Assembly (NCBI GenBank): GCA_051294375.1
Contig: CM119263.1
Location: 21,140,268-21,204,267, forward strand
DNA length: 64,000 bases
Source of the DNA: Paraspadella gotoi
Lineage: Eukaryota > Animalia > Chaetognatha
Direction of reading: 5' to 3'
Made by a program: the position numbers and the translations under genes. Below, piece by piece: positions 35,661 to 50,300 of the stretch. The notes under the pieces were generated by a model. The model searched no databases and was not told the DNA's origin. It saw only the letters and a list, made by a program, of their open reading frames with translations. The stretch's first letter is position 1; each line of letters starts with the position of its first letter.

Positions 35661-36552
35661 AAAACAAGTTTGAGCAAACAATGTCGGATCTGCCCACGAT
35701 CATTAGCGGTAATTAATTAATACAAACTATATAAACTAAAATAATAATTTAATTAATAAATTAATTGATTGATTGATTAAATAATTATTTAATTTATAAA
35801 TAAATTGATTATTGAATAATTAATTAAGAGATAACTAAATAAATTTATTGATTGAATAATTGATTGATTAATTAATTATTTAATAATTAATTGACTAATT
35901 GATTAATTAACTGATTAATTATTTGATTAATTAATACATCTTCCATTTACATTTAATATAAAAAGAAAAAGAAGCATAATCAATTAGTGAAACAGGTTTT
36001 TTGTTTTTTCCATTTAAACTCATTTCCACTTAGACGATTCCATCGAAACTTGATTTCCACCTTAATCACACACTTTCCTACCCACATACAAAATTTCAAG
36101 TCAATCGCCCCGTCCACTCATCACGTTCAAATAATAAAATATATTTTTTTGTTTTTTTCCATTTAAACTCATTTCAACTTGCACAATTCCATCGAAACTT
36201 CATATACAGTTCAATCACACACTTCCCAACCGACACACAAAATTTCATTCCAGTCCATCCATCCAAGTGCTTTTAGCTAAGGTGGAACGGACGGATGGAC
36301 GGACGGACGGACGGACAGACGGACGGATGGACGGATGGACGGATGGACGGATGGACGGACGGACGGACGGACGAACGAACAAACGAATGAACGAACGGAT
36401 GGACGGATATCATTTTTTTGGCATAATTTATCATAATTCGATGTTCTGACATGATATAAGTGAATGCCCGACAAGATTGAGAGGGCGGACCGACGGACCG
36501 ACAAAGTGAATTATAGAGTCCGGATCTGCTTATAAGCAGATCCGACTAAAAA
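35661..36552 (-). mobile_element. Apparently complete Helentron-associated non-autonomous element (HINE/DINE-1-like)
   Basis: 11 bp subterminal inverted repeats gtcggatctgc (35683-35693) and gcagatccgac (36536-36546); hairpin cggatctgct-tata-agcagatccg; (GGAC/GGAT)n microsatellite; AACAAG terminus; A/T-run flanks. Confidence 0.7.
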
Positions 36553-36877
36553 TCTAAGTAAGTCTTTCTCAACTCACGGGGTAAAAGTTGAGAGGATATG
36601 AACATTCAGAAATATTTAGAAACAGTTTTATATGCTTCTTCTACGTAATCAGAGCTTTTTGAAAAGTGCAAATCACGATGTGAGGATGAGGATTACTTAT
36701 CATTTTACACTATTTTAAATTATACTGTACACACAGCGATTTCATATTTCGTTCGATTTTTTGAACTGTGAGGGCGAAACCTGGCATCGGCGACGAAAGT
36801 TGTTTTATTGGAGGCAAAAAAAGTTAACATGGCTTCTAAAAAAATATTAATAAATAACAGATGAGGAAATTAAATAA

Positions 36878-36910
<33 letters not shown>

Positions 36911-36987
36911 GAGAGACTGAGATTGGGGATCTTCCGGGGTCGTGCTTTTGAAGCTTCGTCGGCCCAGCCATCCGTTTCCAAACAAAT

Positions 36988-37033
<46 letters not shown>

Positions 37034-37300
37034 GCTTAATTTTATTCTTCCATGGTTCTTTAATAGATTGGCTTGAGTGCTTCCATTATGTTTTTTTTTC
37101 CATAATAAATTTTTTACCAACAGTTTTTTTTTCTTTTGCTTACCCGTTCTATGAAAGGAATTTCCAATATTAGCTCTGAATGTCAGATTTGGTTGAAGAA
37201 GGCAAGTTGAATGTCGATACAACACTTTTGTCATCCTATTTTGTACAAACATTTAATTTGAAGAAACAATGAATATAAGCGAAAGAGGAAGAGAGAGAAC

Positions 37301-37470
<170 letters not shown>

Positions 37471-38109
37471 CGATATGAATTTCCATTGTTAAAAAACAGA
37501 AAAAAGGAGTCAAATCAAATTCGACAGTCTACGTCGCAAACAACGAAAACGACGAACCTGGCGTCGAAAAAGAGAATCAGCCCCGATGTGATGGCCTTTT
37601 GTTTAGTTTTCTCTTTCATTCTTTTATATGAGAATATTTACTTTATTTTATTTTCACGTTTTCTTGTTTTCAAGTTCGATGCATTTTTTTGTTATTTTAA
37701 CGTCAGGTTTGTCTTGATTGCTGTTATTGTTTGTACTGAATCAATTATGTTTAATTAATTAAAAAGTAAACGTATATATTTTTGCTCATAATTCTCTAAA
37801 ACCTCCAGCTCTGTCATTCTTTCTCTGTCTTTCCTTCGACACTTGACTCACTGCCTCAGGCATTCGCGTCTCTCTTTTCGATGCTCTCTTTCACATCCTT
37901 GGTTTGTTTACTTCCTTTTTAGGAACTCTCACTTTTTTCTTCTTATTGACGTTTTTTTGGGGGGGTCAAGACCTGTTTCGGAAGATTGTTTTCTGTTTTT
38001 ATCAGCCATAAATAAAGTATCTTTAGGTTGCGAAAATCGGGCGTTTCAAACCAGCAATTTTGGGGCCTTTTATTTGCAAAAATCGCTTCCATCGTGCCTG
38101 CTTTCTTTT

Positions 38110-38249
<140 letters not shown>

Positions 38250-38535
38250 CAAACGGGCGACCGTCTTCGGGGTCCATATGTCGACTAGAAATAAAAATGT
38301 AAAGTTAGATGAATGGGCGACTCTGCGATCGAATCCCGAGAAATACATTATTCCTCATAACTTATACAATATACATTTTTGTCTTCCCGAAAGGTTTTCA
38401 ATTTTAGATTCTTCATGTTTCCCCGCTGCTTTCCAATATTGATACCGCGAGCCGGGTACGCTCACAAGTTCTCTGGCTTCTTTTTTTGATTCGTTCTCTC
38501 TATTTCCGTTTTTTTCATTTATTTCTTTCTTTTTC

Positions 38536-38594
<59 letters not shown>

Positions 38595-39248
38595 TTCTCT
38601 TTATTTTTTTGCTTTCTACTTGAGACTTGAGCGTCTCATTAATAAATAATAATAATAATTAATAAAATAACGGGTCGGAACGGTCTCGTGCTGATTTTGT
38701 CCTTTTAAAGTTATTTCTGAGCCAAATTAATTGATTGTTACTTTTGGTAATATGTGCGATGTACACTACTGGACATTACTGTGTCTGACCATAACCCTTG
38801 ATCATCAACAAAAAAGCTAACTAGATCAAAAATGTATTTTTAAATATGAAAAATGATAAATACAAAAATGTTATCAGCTTGATAGTCTGGACGTCTACCC
38901 TTTTGTCTGTTAAAAAAAATCTTCATTTTTCTAGTTGCTAGTTTATTATAATAAAATTTTAAAAAATTAAATAGCTGGTAACATATTTGACAAACATAAT
39001 TTTTTTTTAAATATAACAACCTTTATACAAGGAATTAAATTTCATTATTTCTCATCATAAGAAAAGTTTTTTTTCGCGGAATAGCCTATTGGAAAGACTT
39101 AATGATCGAATTTTTTAGGTTTCTTTACTGCCCCCATTTTACAAGACATAAAAGGTCATAATTATCATGTAAATACTATCCAGGAAAAAATTAGATGACC
39201 TAATTCATTTATTCAATAAAAAGTATACAAAACATGGGTAAAACATTC

Positions 39249-39454
39249 TCAATATTTGGTATGCCCTTCCTCGGTATTGACAACTGCCTGCATTCATTTG
39301 GGCATGCTCTCATAAAGCAAATTGAGGTATGGCAGAGAAATATTTTTCCACATCTTTTACAGGCTCAACCGATATGACCTCTCAGCCACTGACGCGCCAA
39401 TGACTCGACCACATCGTCACTGCCTTTCATTTGCTTCAACCAAATTCTTTTCAT
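39249..39454 (-). pseudogene. Internally deleted Tc1-like transposase remnant
   Basis: Minus strand 39356-39249 reads KMWKNISLPYLNLLYESMPK*MQAVVNTEEGHTKY*, the typical Tc1 C-terminus (W..I....L..L..SMPRR..AV....GG.TKY), joined to a short N-terminal-like stretch. Flanking 38835-39180 has a homolog at ~49435-49845. Confidence 0.75.
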
Positions 39455-40308
39455 ATTTTTAAGGACTTTCTGAGGATATTAATATTGTTAATATTTTAAT
39501 AAATGCTTTGTTTAAAAAAGTGCTAAAAGTTCCCCCAAAAAATTGAATTTAAAAACAGTGAGTTGGAAAATGAAACCCGATTTGACAAGCCAACTTTCTC
39601 AACTCATTGTCAAGGCATATATTAACTGATCAATATAAAATTTTAACACATAAATAGTTTTAGTATTTTTTACTCAACTAAATTTTAAAATCAATGAAAT
39701 AACCACTGGTTTGAAAATGACAGCGTATTTCTACCGGCGCTTGTAAAATTGTCACCATGTATGTTAAAACGAGGTGCGTCTATTTTTCACCTTGAAAAGA
39801 AAAGAAAACTGGCGACAAAAACGAGGAACCCCGAAACCCTCCCCTCGCAAAAATGGCGGGAAAAAAAGAGAGAGAGAGTAAGAAGAGCGAGAGACACACT
39901 GTATGCAAATATATCTCCTTTCGAACTGTCATAAAAATGAGCAGAGAGTTGCCTAGAAAAAGTCAAAATTATAAAAAAGATGGCTTATTAAGTTTCAGAG
40001 ACTTGAGAAATGAGATATTCTGAATCATTCCCGAAGATTTCAACTGACTATATAGGGGCAATTGTGTACGATAAAATATAAAAATATTAAGAAAAATCGT
40101 ATAAAAAAATATCGATATAACCATGGCAACAAAAATGACGCAATATTCCCGACAAACTCATCAAAAATGTCTACGCGCGTCTCTTAAAGAGAGGACGCCA
40201 CATTCTCGCCTTTGGATGGTCTTTTTTTTGTCCTCCATTTGGAGGACGATGGAAGTCTCCGTCCAAGTTGGAGTCTTTTGTGTTCGCCCTCTACTCCTTT
40301 CATAGAAA

Positions 40309-40414
<106 letters not shown>

Positions 40415-40503
40415 GTCATTCTTTCTTTCTTTCTCTCCCTCTCTTCTCTCCTCGTTTTTTTCTTTTTCCAATCATTTTTTTAATTTTCTTTCTTTCCTTT
40501 TTT

Positions 40504-40568
<65 letters not shown>

Positions 40569-41398
40569 CTCTTTCTTTCTTTCTTTCTTTCTTTCTTTAT
40601 TTCTTTTTTTCTATCTTTATTTCTTGCTTTCTTTCCTTCCTTTTGTTTCTCGCCTCTCCTCTTCTTTCCTTGAACAAAATCGACATTAGTTCAATTTTCT
40701 CCGACCAATCAAATTTCTCTTCTGCTCTTCGCCTTCCACCAATCAAAGAGCGCCTTTTTTTTCTTTGTTGCTTCTCTTTAGCGAAACCGTTCGACTTCGC
40801 ATTCACAATGTTTTTCCTCCGCTTCCCTCCCACGCTTTCAATCTGCCGCCCGTTTTATGTTTACATTCCATTGCGTAGAACAGTCGCCGCACTGTCCTGC
40901 TGTTGCTCCGCCTTTTTTTTTCTGTCACATTGGCTGAACTTTCTGTCAAACATTCCAAGCATCATTTTGTATCTGGAGTTATTCAATATCTTCAACATTC
41001 TTCATTCAGTCAACATTGTCTTTAATCCTCCTTTTTCTTTTCTTTCCTCCACTCTTTCTTTCTCACATCCTACCTTCCCTCTTCCACTCCCTCTTTCCTC
41101 CCTCTTCCACTCCTTTTATACTCCCTCTTCCACTCCCTTTTTCCTCCCTCTTCCAATCCTCATTTCCCCCTTTTTCCACTCCTCCTTTCCTCCCTCTTCC
41201 TCTCTTTTTTTCCTCCCTCTTCCACTGCTACTTTCCTCCCTTTTCCACTTTTCCTTTCCTCCATCTTCCATTCCTCATTTTTCTTTTTTCCCCTTCTCCC
41301 TCCCCCACTTTTCCCCCACGTATCTAAAATCCTCAACGTCTCTCACGAAGTGAAACCAATTCCTCTTCGACTTTTCACCTCAAAGGATTTTTTCATCA

Positions 41399-41466
<68 letters not shown>

Positions 41467-42529
41467 TTCTCTCTCTTGCTTTCAGACAAACGTGATCATG
41501 ACAGAAACAAGAGGGATTCTGATCAATCAGATCTTTGGATAAATTACGTTAAATTTAAAAAAGAATTAACCTCTAAATCTAAATCCAAATTTAAATCCTC
41601 GAATCCAAATTTAAATTCTCAAATGCAAATCTAAATCCTCAAATCCAAACTTCAATCTTCAAATCGAGCTACATCCAAACCATCCCCATCGCCGCGAGGT
41701 TAGACTTCTGGTTTTCCGCCCTGTCGATCCTTACCCGGCGCTGCTGTGCCTTACCCGGCGCCGAAATTGCCTTCGAATTCCCAGAGATGCGTCTGGAGCT
41801 CGTCGTCCGTTTTTGTCACGAGACTCCGCATTTTGGAAGATGCGTTGACAACTCGCCTTAGAGCAGTTTTCTTTTACGCGGAATGTCGAAGTTTGCTTAG
41901 GCTTGTCAAGACGTAGGTTAATTTTTACATTTGGTCATTATTAAGATTAGAGCTTTTAGATATAAAAAGCGAAAAACATATCATTATCTTGTAAGAGTGA
42001 TGGAGGCCTTAAACCACCAAAGCCTGTCCAAAGTCAGGGGCAAGATAGCTTATTTATTAAATGATAATTTTTATATTGGTTGTACCAATTTCATATCGAT
42101 ATATAATAAATAAGGTTATAAATTATAACTTATAATATACAGTATTTCATTTTTCTTTATTGAAAACTCCGCATCATTGACAACCCTGGTTCTCCTTTTC
42201 TCCTGTCGTCATCGTTTTTTTTTTTTTTGGTTGTGTTTTGGTTCTTCGATTTCCTTTCATCGTCGTCGATGCTCTTTTTTTTCTCGTTTATATTCGATTC
42301 TCTTTTACTCCGCTTTATTCCTTCTCCTCCTCTTCCTCCTCCTCCTCCTCCTTCTCCTCCTCCTCCTCCTCCTCCTCTATCCTTTTCTCGTTTTCAGTTG
42401 TTATTGTTCTTGTTATCGTTGTTTATCCCATCGTCATGGTTACTTTCTATCGACAGCTTTTCAAATCATGTTAACTTTGTAAACATGATTTGAAGGAATC
42501 AAAAATTCAAATAGAGAATCTATAAGATA

Positions 42530-44790
42530 CGTATCGTTTTTGTGGAAGAACCTGGAAAAGGCCAGGGAGGCATGTAACTTTTTTGTAAATGCTATGACTG
42601 AAATCAGCTGAAATCCGGAATACAGGTTAGACCGGAGGGGGTTTATTCCCATAAGAGTTTGAGCCACTTTTAAAAAAAAAAATAGTGAATCGGGAGTTTT
42701 TTGGACAAAAAATTAATTTGCATACTGTAAAAAAAAATATGTTAAGTAAATACTCTTATATTATGGTGATATAACCCGGGAGTGAGGTTGGCCCTAAAAC
42801 CCAGTGTAAAACAAAATGAGCAAATACAGCTGTTGTTAAAACTCATTTGCATACAGTAGCAATATATTTTTTATAATATTTGTATTTTCAGTTTTATGAA
42901 TAATTTAAAAAAATGTATTTCAAATAATAAGCTAAAAACTGATACACCAATAACATACAATGGCATTAAAATAGAATTTGTTATTCTTTAATCCAAAATT
43001 AATAATTTTTAACAAAATATAAAAAATATGCATTTTTTTGAAAACAAATGTTTTTTTTTAAAAATAGATATTAGTTATAATTATGCCAACCAACTGTCCT
43101 TTTGCGTGCCTGATTACAAATATATAATTTTTAAAATACGACTACTATATTTATGAAAATATAAAGCCTTCAAAACCTTAAAAAAATACAGAGAAAAAAA
43201 CACCCGTTAATTCAAACTTTAATAAACCGTTTCCAATTGATATTATACTCTCATACTTTTTAATACATATCAAGGGAGAACCATCAGGTTTATTGTGTGA
43301 GAAAAGTAAGATAACTTCGATAAGGAATGACTGCCCACAGCTGAAGACCGCGAATAATAGATAGCTATTTGAACCTATATCAGCTTGTAATTGAATAATG
43401 TACGTCTTGCTTAATAAGGCGGAAACAAAGTAAAAATTTTTATTTTATTTTTTGTTAAGAACCGAATTTCAGAGTTAGCCCATAAAAAGTTTCTACACAA
43501 GTATTAATGCGCTTTTTTAATATTTTTTTTGATAAGTGGGTCAAAATAACGGAAAAACTCTTTAAATCATATCATCATCGTCCCTACCATAATTTTTATA
43601 GTTTTGTTTTTTTAAATATTAAGCAAATAAAACAATTAAAATTTGAAAAATCTTGCAAAATATTTTTTATTTTTTCAATCTCATACCCGAATCCGTCTTT
43701 TTTTTTAAAAATTTTGATTTTTGAAAAAAAAAAAATTCATGATTTATATAGTAATACGATTAAACTTTTAAATGCTTTCTATAATATTATTTACTTATTA
43801 TAAAAATCTTAATTTTTTTTTCAATCGTCATCCCCACAGGATGCCTTACGTGATTTATATTACAGAACTTTCTTAGTTTTACTTTACTTTGTTCCGCCTT
43901 ATTATTAAAGCAAGAGGTACATTTTAATTCAATTACAAGCTGATATAGTCACTCTAATAGCTATTATTCGCCTCCTGTGCATCGTCATTTCCTTATCGAA
44001 GTTAATCTATAACTTCACACAATAAACCTGATGGTTCTCTGATATGTATTAAATATGTATGAGAAGATTGTAATATCATTGGAACGCGTTTTAGTTAAAG
44101 TTTGAATTAAGCGGTGTTTTTCTGTATTTTTAAGGTTGAAGGTTATATTTTATAATTTATAGTAGTCGTATTTAAAAAAAATTATAATTGTAATCAGTGC
44201 ACCAAGGACAGTTGGTGCATAATTACTATTTTTAAAAAAAACATTTGTTTCAAAAAATTGCATATCTTATAATTTGTTAAAAAATTAAATTTTTGGAATG
44301 ATTTAAAGGAAATAACAAAATATTCTATTTTATAGCATTTGTATGTTATTGTTGTATCAGGTTAAGCTATTATTTGAAATAATTTTTTTGGTTATTAAAT
44401 ATTATCATAAGAAAACTTTGAAAATACCAATATTTATTAAAAAAAAAATATTATTGCCTACTGTATTGCAAAATTTTTGAGTTTAACAAAGCTTATTTGA
44501 TCAATTTTTGTTACCACTGGTTTAGGAACCCCTCCGGTTTATATCACCATAATATAAGGAGTATTTCACTATCCATATTTTTTTTTACAGTATGCAAAAA
44601 TAGTTTAATTTTTTTGGTCCAAAAAAAATCCCATTCACTATTTTTTTTTTTTTTAAAAGTGGCTCAAACTCTCTTATGGGGAATAAACCACCCTTCAGCG
44701 GTTAACCCGTATTCGATTTTCAGCTGATTTCAAAGATTACAAAAAAAATACAGCCTCCTTGACTTATTCCGGTATCTTCAAACGATACTG
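42530..44790. mobile_element. 2.26 kb non-autonomous foldback element with ~900 bp TIRs and TA target duplication (Tc1/mariner-type ends)
   Basis: TA|c(a)gtatcgttt ... aaacgatactg|TA; arms ~42530-43435 and ~43880-44790 are reverse complements; the empty site aagaTAtgtaaa is at 51325-51326 in the duplicate block. Confidence 0.85.
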
Positions 44791-47073
44791 TATGTAAATT
44801 TTTTTTATTTAAAGCTAAAAAACGAAAAAAAAAAAAGTTAATGAAAGAAATATAATTAAAGAAAGAAAGAAAGAAAGAAAGAAGAAAGAAAGAAAGAAAG
44901 GAAAAAGAAAAAGAGAAGAAAGAAAAAAATAAAAAGAAAAAAGAAAGAAAGAAAAAAGATAAGAAAGAAAGAAGAAAGAAAGAAAGAAAGAAAGCAAAGA
45001 AAGTAAATGAACATATGAAGAAATAAAAGAATAGAAAGAAAGAAGAAAGAAAGAAAGAAAGACAAGAAAGAAAGAAAGAAAGAAAGAAAAGAAATTAAGT
45101 AAAACAGTAAGAAAGAATATCTAAATATTGAAAGAACGAAGACGAAAAGAAAAAAAAAGGAAGAAGAGAGAAAAGTCTTTGGTAAAAATCTCTCCTTTTC
45201 CTCACCTAAACCTGAAAGGTTAAGACCGAAGACCAACGACGGTAACCAAAGTTTGGCCCATCAACGACCTCGAACTCGTGACCTTTAGCCCCACTCAGAC
45301 GTCGGGAGTATCCTTGTCGTCGTCGTCGTTTTCGTCTGCGCCGGCGTCGACGTCATCTGCATGGCGTCACCGTTGACGTCCGTATTGTCAAACTTGTCGA
45401 TATCATTAGACTATTTTCCGACCCTGAAAAGGAAAACAAACTAAATGGGAAGAGCTACCAACGCTATCACGCTATCACGAGATGTTTCAAGTTTCTCAAA
45501 GTTATTAAAGTATTTTTAATAATAATTGTTAACTAATTAATGAAAAGGAAACCTTTAAAACATTTGAGACGACCTACGATAGGCCTTCTACACACTCTTC
45601 TTCATCCCATCTTTGTCAGGCTGTGGCGAATTCGAGGTCAAAATGACAACGCCTCCCAAAATGCATTGCATCTTCCATTATAATTAACGCATCTTGTTCC
45701 GTCGTTTCGACTCAACAATTTCCGAAACGAAACCTCGTTACCAAAATGCGTCCTACTTTTTAACCCGGCGTTTGCTCCGCATTAGATTCCACCAATCGGA
45801 TCTCTTGACCTCTCGACGACTTTTTCTCACAGCCAATCGTAAAGCTTCTCCCAGAAACCTTCTTGAAAACTGAAGAGCCTAAATGAGGTGGGAGGAGATT
45901 ACAGATATACTATATATATATAAGTCTTCTCTTTAAACCGGATGAATGAGAAAACTGAGATTTTTTAACGATTCCTAAAAAAATACGCGGAAAACTCACA
46001 ACGTAGTTGTTGATAAATGGATGTTACACGTTACTCTCAGGGAATCAGCTCCATGACTCTCACTAAATAGCATTTATTATCTCTGAAACGGTCTCCCACG
46101 CCCACAAATCCTAGGTCCGCCCACGCCCACTCACTCCTACCCTCCCTTATTCACACTCACTAATGCTCACCCACAGTATTCCACACTTGCCCACGCTCTC
46201 GTGCATGCCTACTCCTCGGCCCTTCCTCCCGAAGCCTGACCCTATTAACGCGACTGAGCAAACATACACTCGACCAAAAATAGCATTCGTATATCGCTCC
46301 CTCTTTCGGGCACATCCCTCTTGGGCACCCGATGAGTTCCTCAAAACTAAAGTGGATCGACTCTCGTTATATGTCCAGTTATGTCAAGTAATGTCAAGTT
46401 ATGTTTTGTTTTACTTCATTGAATTGTAAGTGAATACGAGGAAGAAGAATAAACTGACGAACTGTACATAATTACCTATTTTGCATCCTGATTTCGCCAC
46501 AATCAGCGTTACAGGGTTCGGACTTAAAACTTACCCCCCCATAAGGAAAAATTACTATTTACTTTGATAATATGTACTTAATGATATATCTAAAAAATTT
46601 AGTTTTATCAATTATTTGATTGGTCATTTTAAAACATGTTTACCTTATGTCAGCTACTTATTTACTTAGGACCCTTCCAAAGATGAGTAGACGATATGAA
46701 AAAGTCTTTACATTCTTGGTACCATTGTGTATTCAATAATGGGTCGATACTTTCCGGTTACAAGTACTGTTGAGTGTTACATTTAATTTGCTCCATACTG
46801 CAATATCCAAATGAATTTAGAAACTGTATTATATGGGGCCAAAATTCGGAAAAATTATATTAAAAGAAATCTTACTTTATACTAGTAACTGAGTATATTA
46901 TGCTGTATAAATAACAAAGATCGATGGTTTATAAGTCAGAGACCTAATCCTGGTAATTGTATGGTACTTCAGGTTACTGCAGCATACTGCAGCTTCAATT
47001 TTCTTTTAAGATATAAAATTATATATTGGCTTATGCTAGAAATGTAATTTTTTGGTTGAGAATTCCTTTTATA

Positions 47074-47303
47074 GTGGACTAAAATCCACCAACCGTTCAT
47101 CAGCGGCCATTGGTGCCGGAGGCAAGTCATTCGCCTCCCAACCCAAAGGACCGTGGTTCTAGCCCGGTGGCCGCCTAGCAGTTAACATGGACCGGGCGCT
47201 TAACCCGCCTGTAACTCAGTGTTACATCCTGATCCGAAGCTCAGGCACTGTTTATATAGAACGGTTTTGTCATTAACACATATCAATAATTACTGTCTCT
47301 TCA
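47074..47303 (+). mobile_element. tRNA-derived SINE, copy 2
   Basis: Aligns along its length with 5467-5698. Confidence 0.75.
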
Positions 47304-50300
47304 CTTTTAAGGTATTTTAATAGCCCACAAGGTACAAATTCTTTATCTCTTTAACTACAAAAGTTACAGAGGCTGATGTTATAATTTGTAATTTTTTAAA
47401 AGTTAATTTTGTTAAAAGAAAAAAAAACTCCTGATCTATCCCTTTTATGTATAATACAGTATTTTATCCTTACAAATGCTTAGATGAAGTACCATAGCCT
47501 ATAGCATAGGGCTAATATCCAGAATATTTTTTTATCGAGCCATGACCGGCGAAGCCGGCTTCGGCTCCGAAATATTGATTCGGGTCAGCTTCTTTGTGAC
47601 GTCGTCGTCGTTGTCCGCGTCACGCTTTTTTGTATAAAAACTACTACGCCTTTTATAGTTTTGGCTGGACTTTACCGTTTTTTTTTTAATAAAAATTATT
47701 ATTAATTACGATGAAGTTTTTATAAAAGTGTGCGATCATAGTAAGTTAAAATTTAGATATGGCTTCTCATCTCTTGAAATAGCTCTGAATATTTTCTCAT
47801 TACATTTGGATTTAAGTATTTTTTGTTTGAATTTCCACTTATTGATTTACTGCAATATTGCAAATGATATTATAGTACTCATTATGAGTATCCAAATTAG
47901 TATTATAGAAATGCTTTAAATCTAATTTACAAATTGCAGTATATAATATGAAGATGAAATTCCAAAAATTTTTTTTAAAAAATCTATAATAAAAATGGAA
48001 CTCAAAAGAACTTTTTAATGAGAAAGCCATATCTCAATTTTTAATACAAATAACAAATAAAATCTTTTACAAGCTGCGATTGCGAAAAAATTTTGGAAAA
48101 ATTTCCAATTGAAAAACAATGTGTAACATATTTTTCCTTCTTTTTATTTCTTAAATTATATATATATTTTGTTTCTTTTTCTGCAACGAGTTCATGCTCT
48201 GCACTGACTGTACACTGTACAGCGGCCTTCCAGCAGCTGTCCAGCTTTGTCTCTCTCTGTTTCTCTCTCTCTCTCTCTCTATCTCTCTTTCAATACAAAA
48301 TCCCAAATTTACATCCGAGATTTTCGTGGATTCATTTTAGAAAAAGGGAAATACAAATACCTGCTATATGTCCGGCAATTGCGCGGATTAATTTAATTGC
48401 ATATATTAATTTATTAATACCAAAAACAGTATTGACAAAATCAAAAACAGTATCAGTGTAAAAAACTAGAAAGCAGTAAGCAGTAAGCATATATAATTTT
48501 CTAAAAAAAAATAATTTTTTTTTTNNNNNNNNNNNNNNNNNNNNNNNNNATTGAATTTGAATTGATTTTTGCGAAAAAAATATTTTTGAAACTTTGAGAA
48601 TATGGATTTCTCAAGTTAGCGAAAAAAATTTTGCAATTCTAAATTTCTAAAAAAATCAGCCTCTAGCCTTTCCGATTGTTTTCTAGAGGCTGATTTTTTT
48701 ATTTTTATTGAATATTTTGATTTCTATGCCAAAAACATCTCCATTTATTCTCAAGAGTATAGGTCGGAGGAAAATTTTTTCCCAACCACAATTTGAAAAA
48801 AAATTTTAGGCTTTTGTTAATTACGGCTTTTTTTTGCGGAAAATAAATAAATCAATTATTATACCGTATGGTACATCTGAAAGTGATATGATTCTCTAAT
48901 GGACTAAAAAAAATTTTTCCTTCAAGTTTTATTTTTTAAAATTTAAGTATTGTATCATAGAAATACATTGAGATACTCCCCCGCTTTGCCAAAAATTTTA
49001 TCTTAACAAAGATTTTGTACTGCGTAGATAGTTTAAAAAAATTATTTTATTAAATAACCTTTTGAAAGAAAAAAGAACAGCTAGCAAGATGAGAGGTGTT
49101 ATCAAATTAAAGCCCCTAATTCATGGGACACGTTTTTTCTAAAAAACTAAAAAAAGTCTTTTATTAAATTAAATCCATAAATTCTTTACACAGCTTTTAG
49201 TTTAAATCAGAGTTAAAATATAACAGTTTTGCTTTAAAAATTTTTTAATGAAGGCATATGTGGAAATTTTTTATTTTTCTTTTGTAATTTTTAAAAAAGG
49301 AAAAGACTGAATTAACATTTGATTATTATTAAATCTTTTTTTATTTCCATAAAACTGCTTATATTTTTAAGTCAAGTAAAAAAAAACAAGCGGAAAAAAA
49401 TTTATATTGTACGGTTTGAAGATTAAAAATGTCTTTTTATTTAAATATCAAAAATGATAAATACAAAAAATGTTTCAGCTTGATATAAACAGTCTGGACA
49501 TCTACCTTCTTGTCTGTGCAAAAAAAAATTGGCATTTTATTATCCTTTAACTTGCTTGACACATGCTTGTTATCATAATAAAGTTGTTCTTTAAAAAAAT
49601 TATTATTAGCTGCAAAATTTGACAAAGCAAGACGTATCATGTGTTAAAATTGTATTTGATATTTCTAAATATACAAGGGAGATTTAATTCTATTATTTAC
49701 TCATCCATTTATTAAGAAAAAAATATTTCTCGTAATAGCCCATTAGAAAGGGTTCATTACTGATTAATGATTTCCGAATTCTTTTAGATTATTCTTTACT
49801 GCCCCCATTCACAAAATAATAAATAGGTCATGTTTATTCATGTGTCAGTAAGCTCCAGATTATCTGTACCCTTGTTATACAACCTGCATTCCTGAATTTT
49901 TCTTTTTCCTTTTCAAAAGTATTAAATAAAAAAATTTATTTGAAGAAGAACGGAAAAAACAACCGGCGGGAGGATGCAATTTGTAAGCCTTTAGTTACCC
50001 CAGCTTCCCGATCGAATTTTTTAAATGAGGTTTTTTTTTTTTTCCATCTATTTGAGACATAACCCACTAACTATTGGTACTATTATTTTTTTTTATTTTT
50101 TCTATTACCAATTAGGAATAAATATGGAATAAGTAACTTTTTTAAAAAAAATTTATCATCTTTCACCCTATATTCGGTCATATTCTAAAAAGAACAATAA
50201 AAAAAAAGATTTTTGCGATTGAATATTTTGATATGGACATATGAAACTATAACATTTCAAAAAATTAAAAAGAAATATCATAAATATTGAAACAGTGAAT

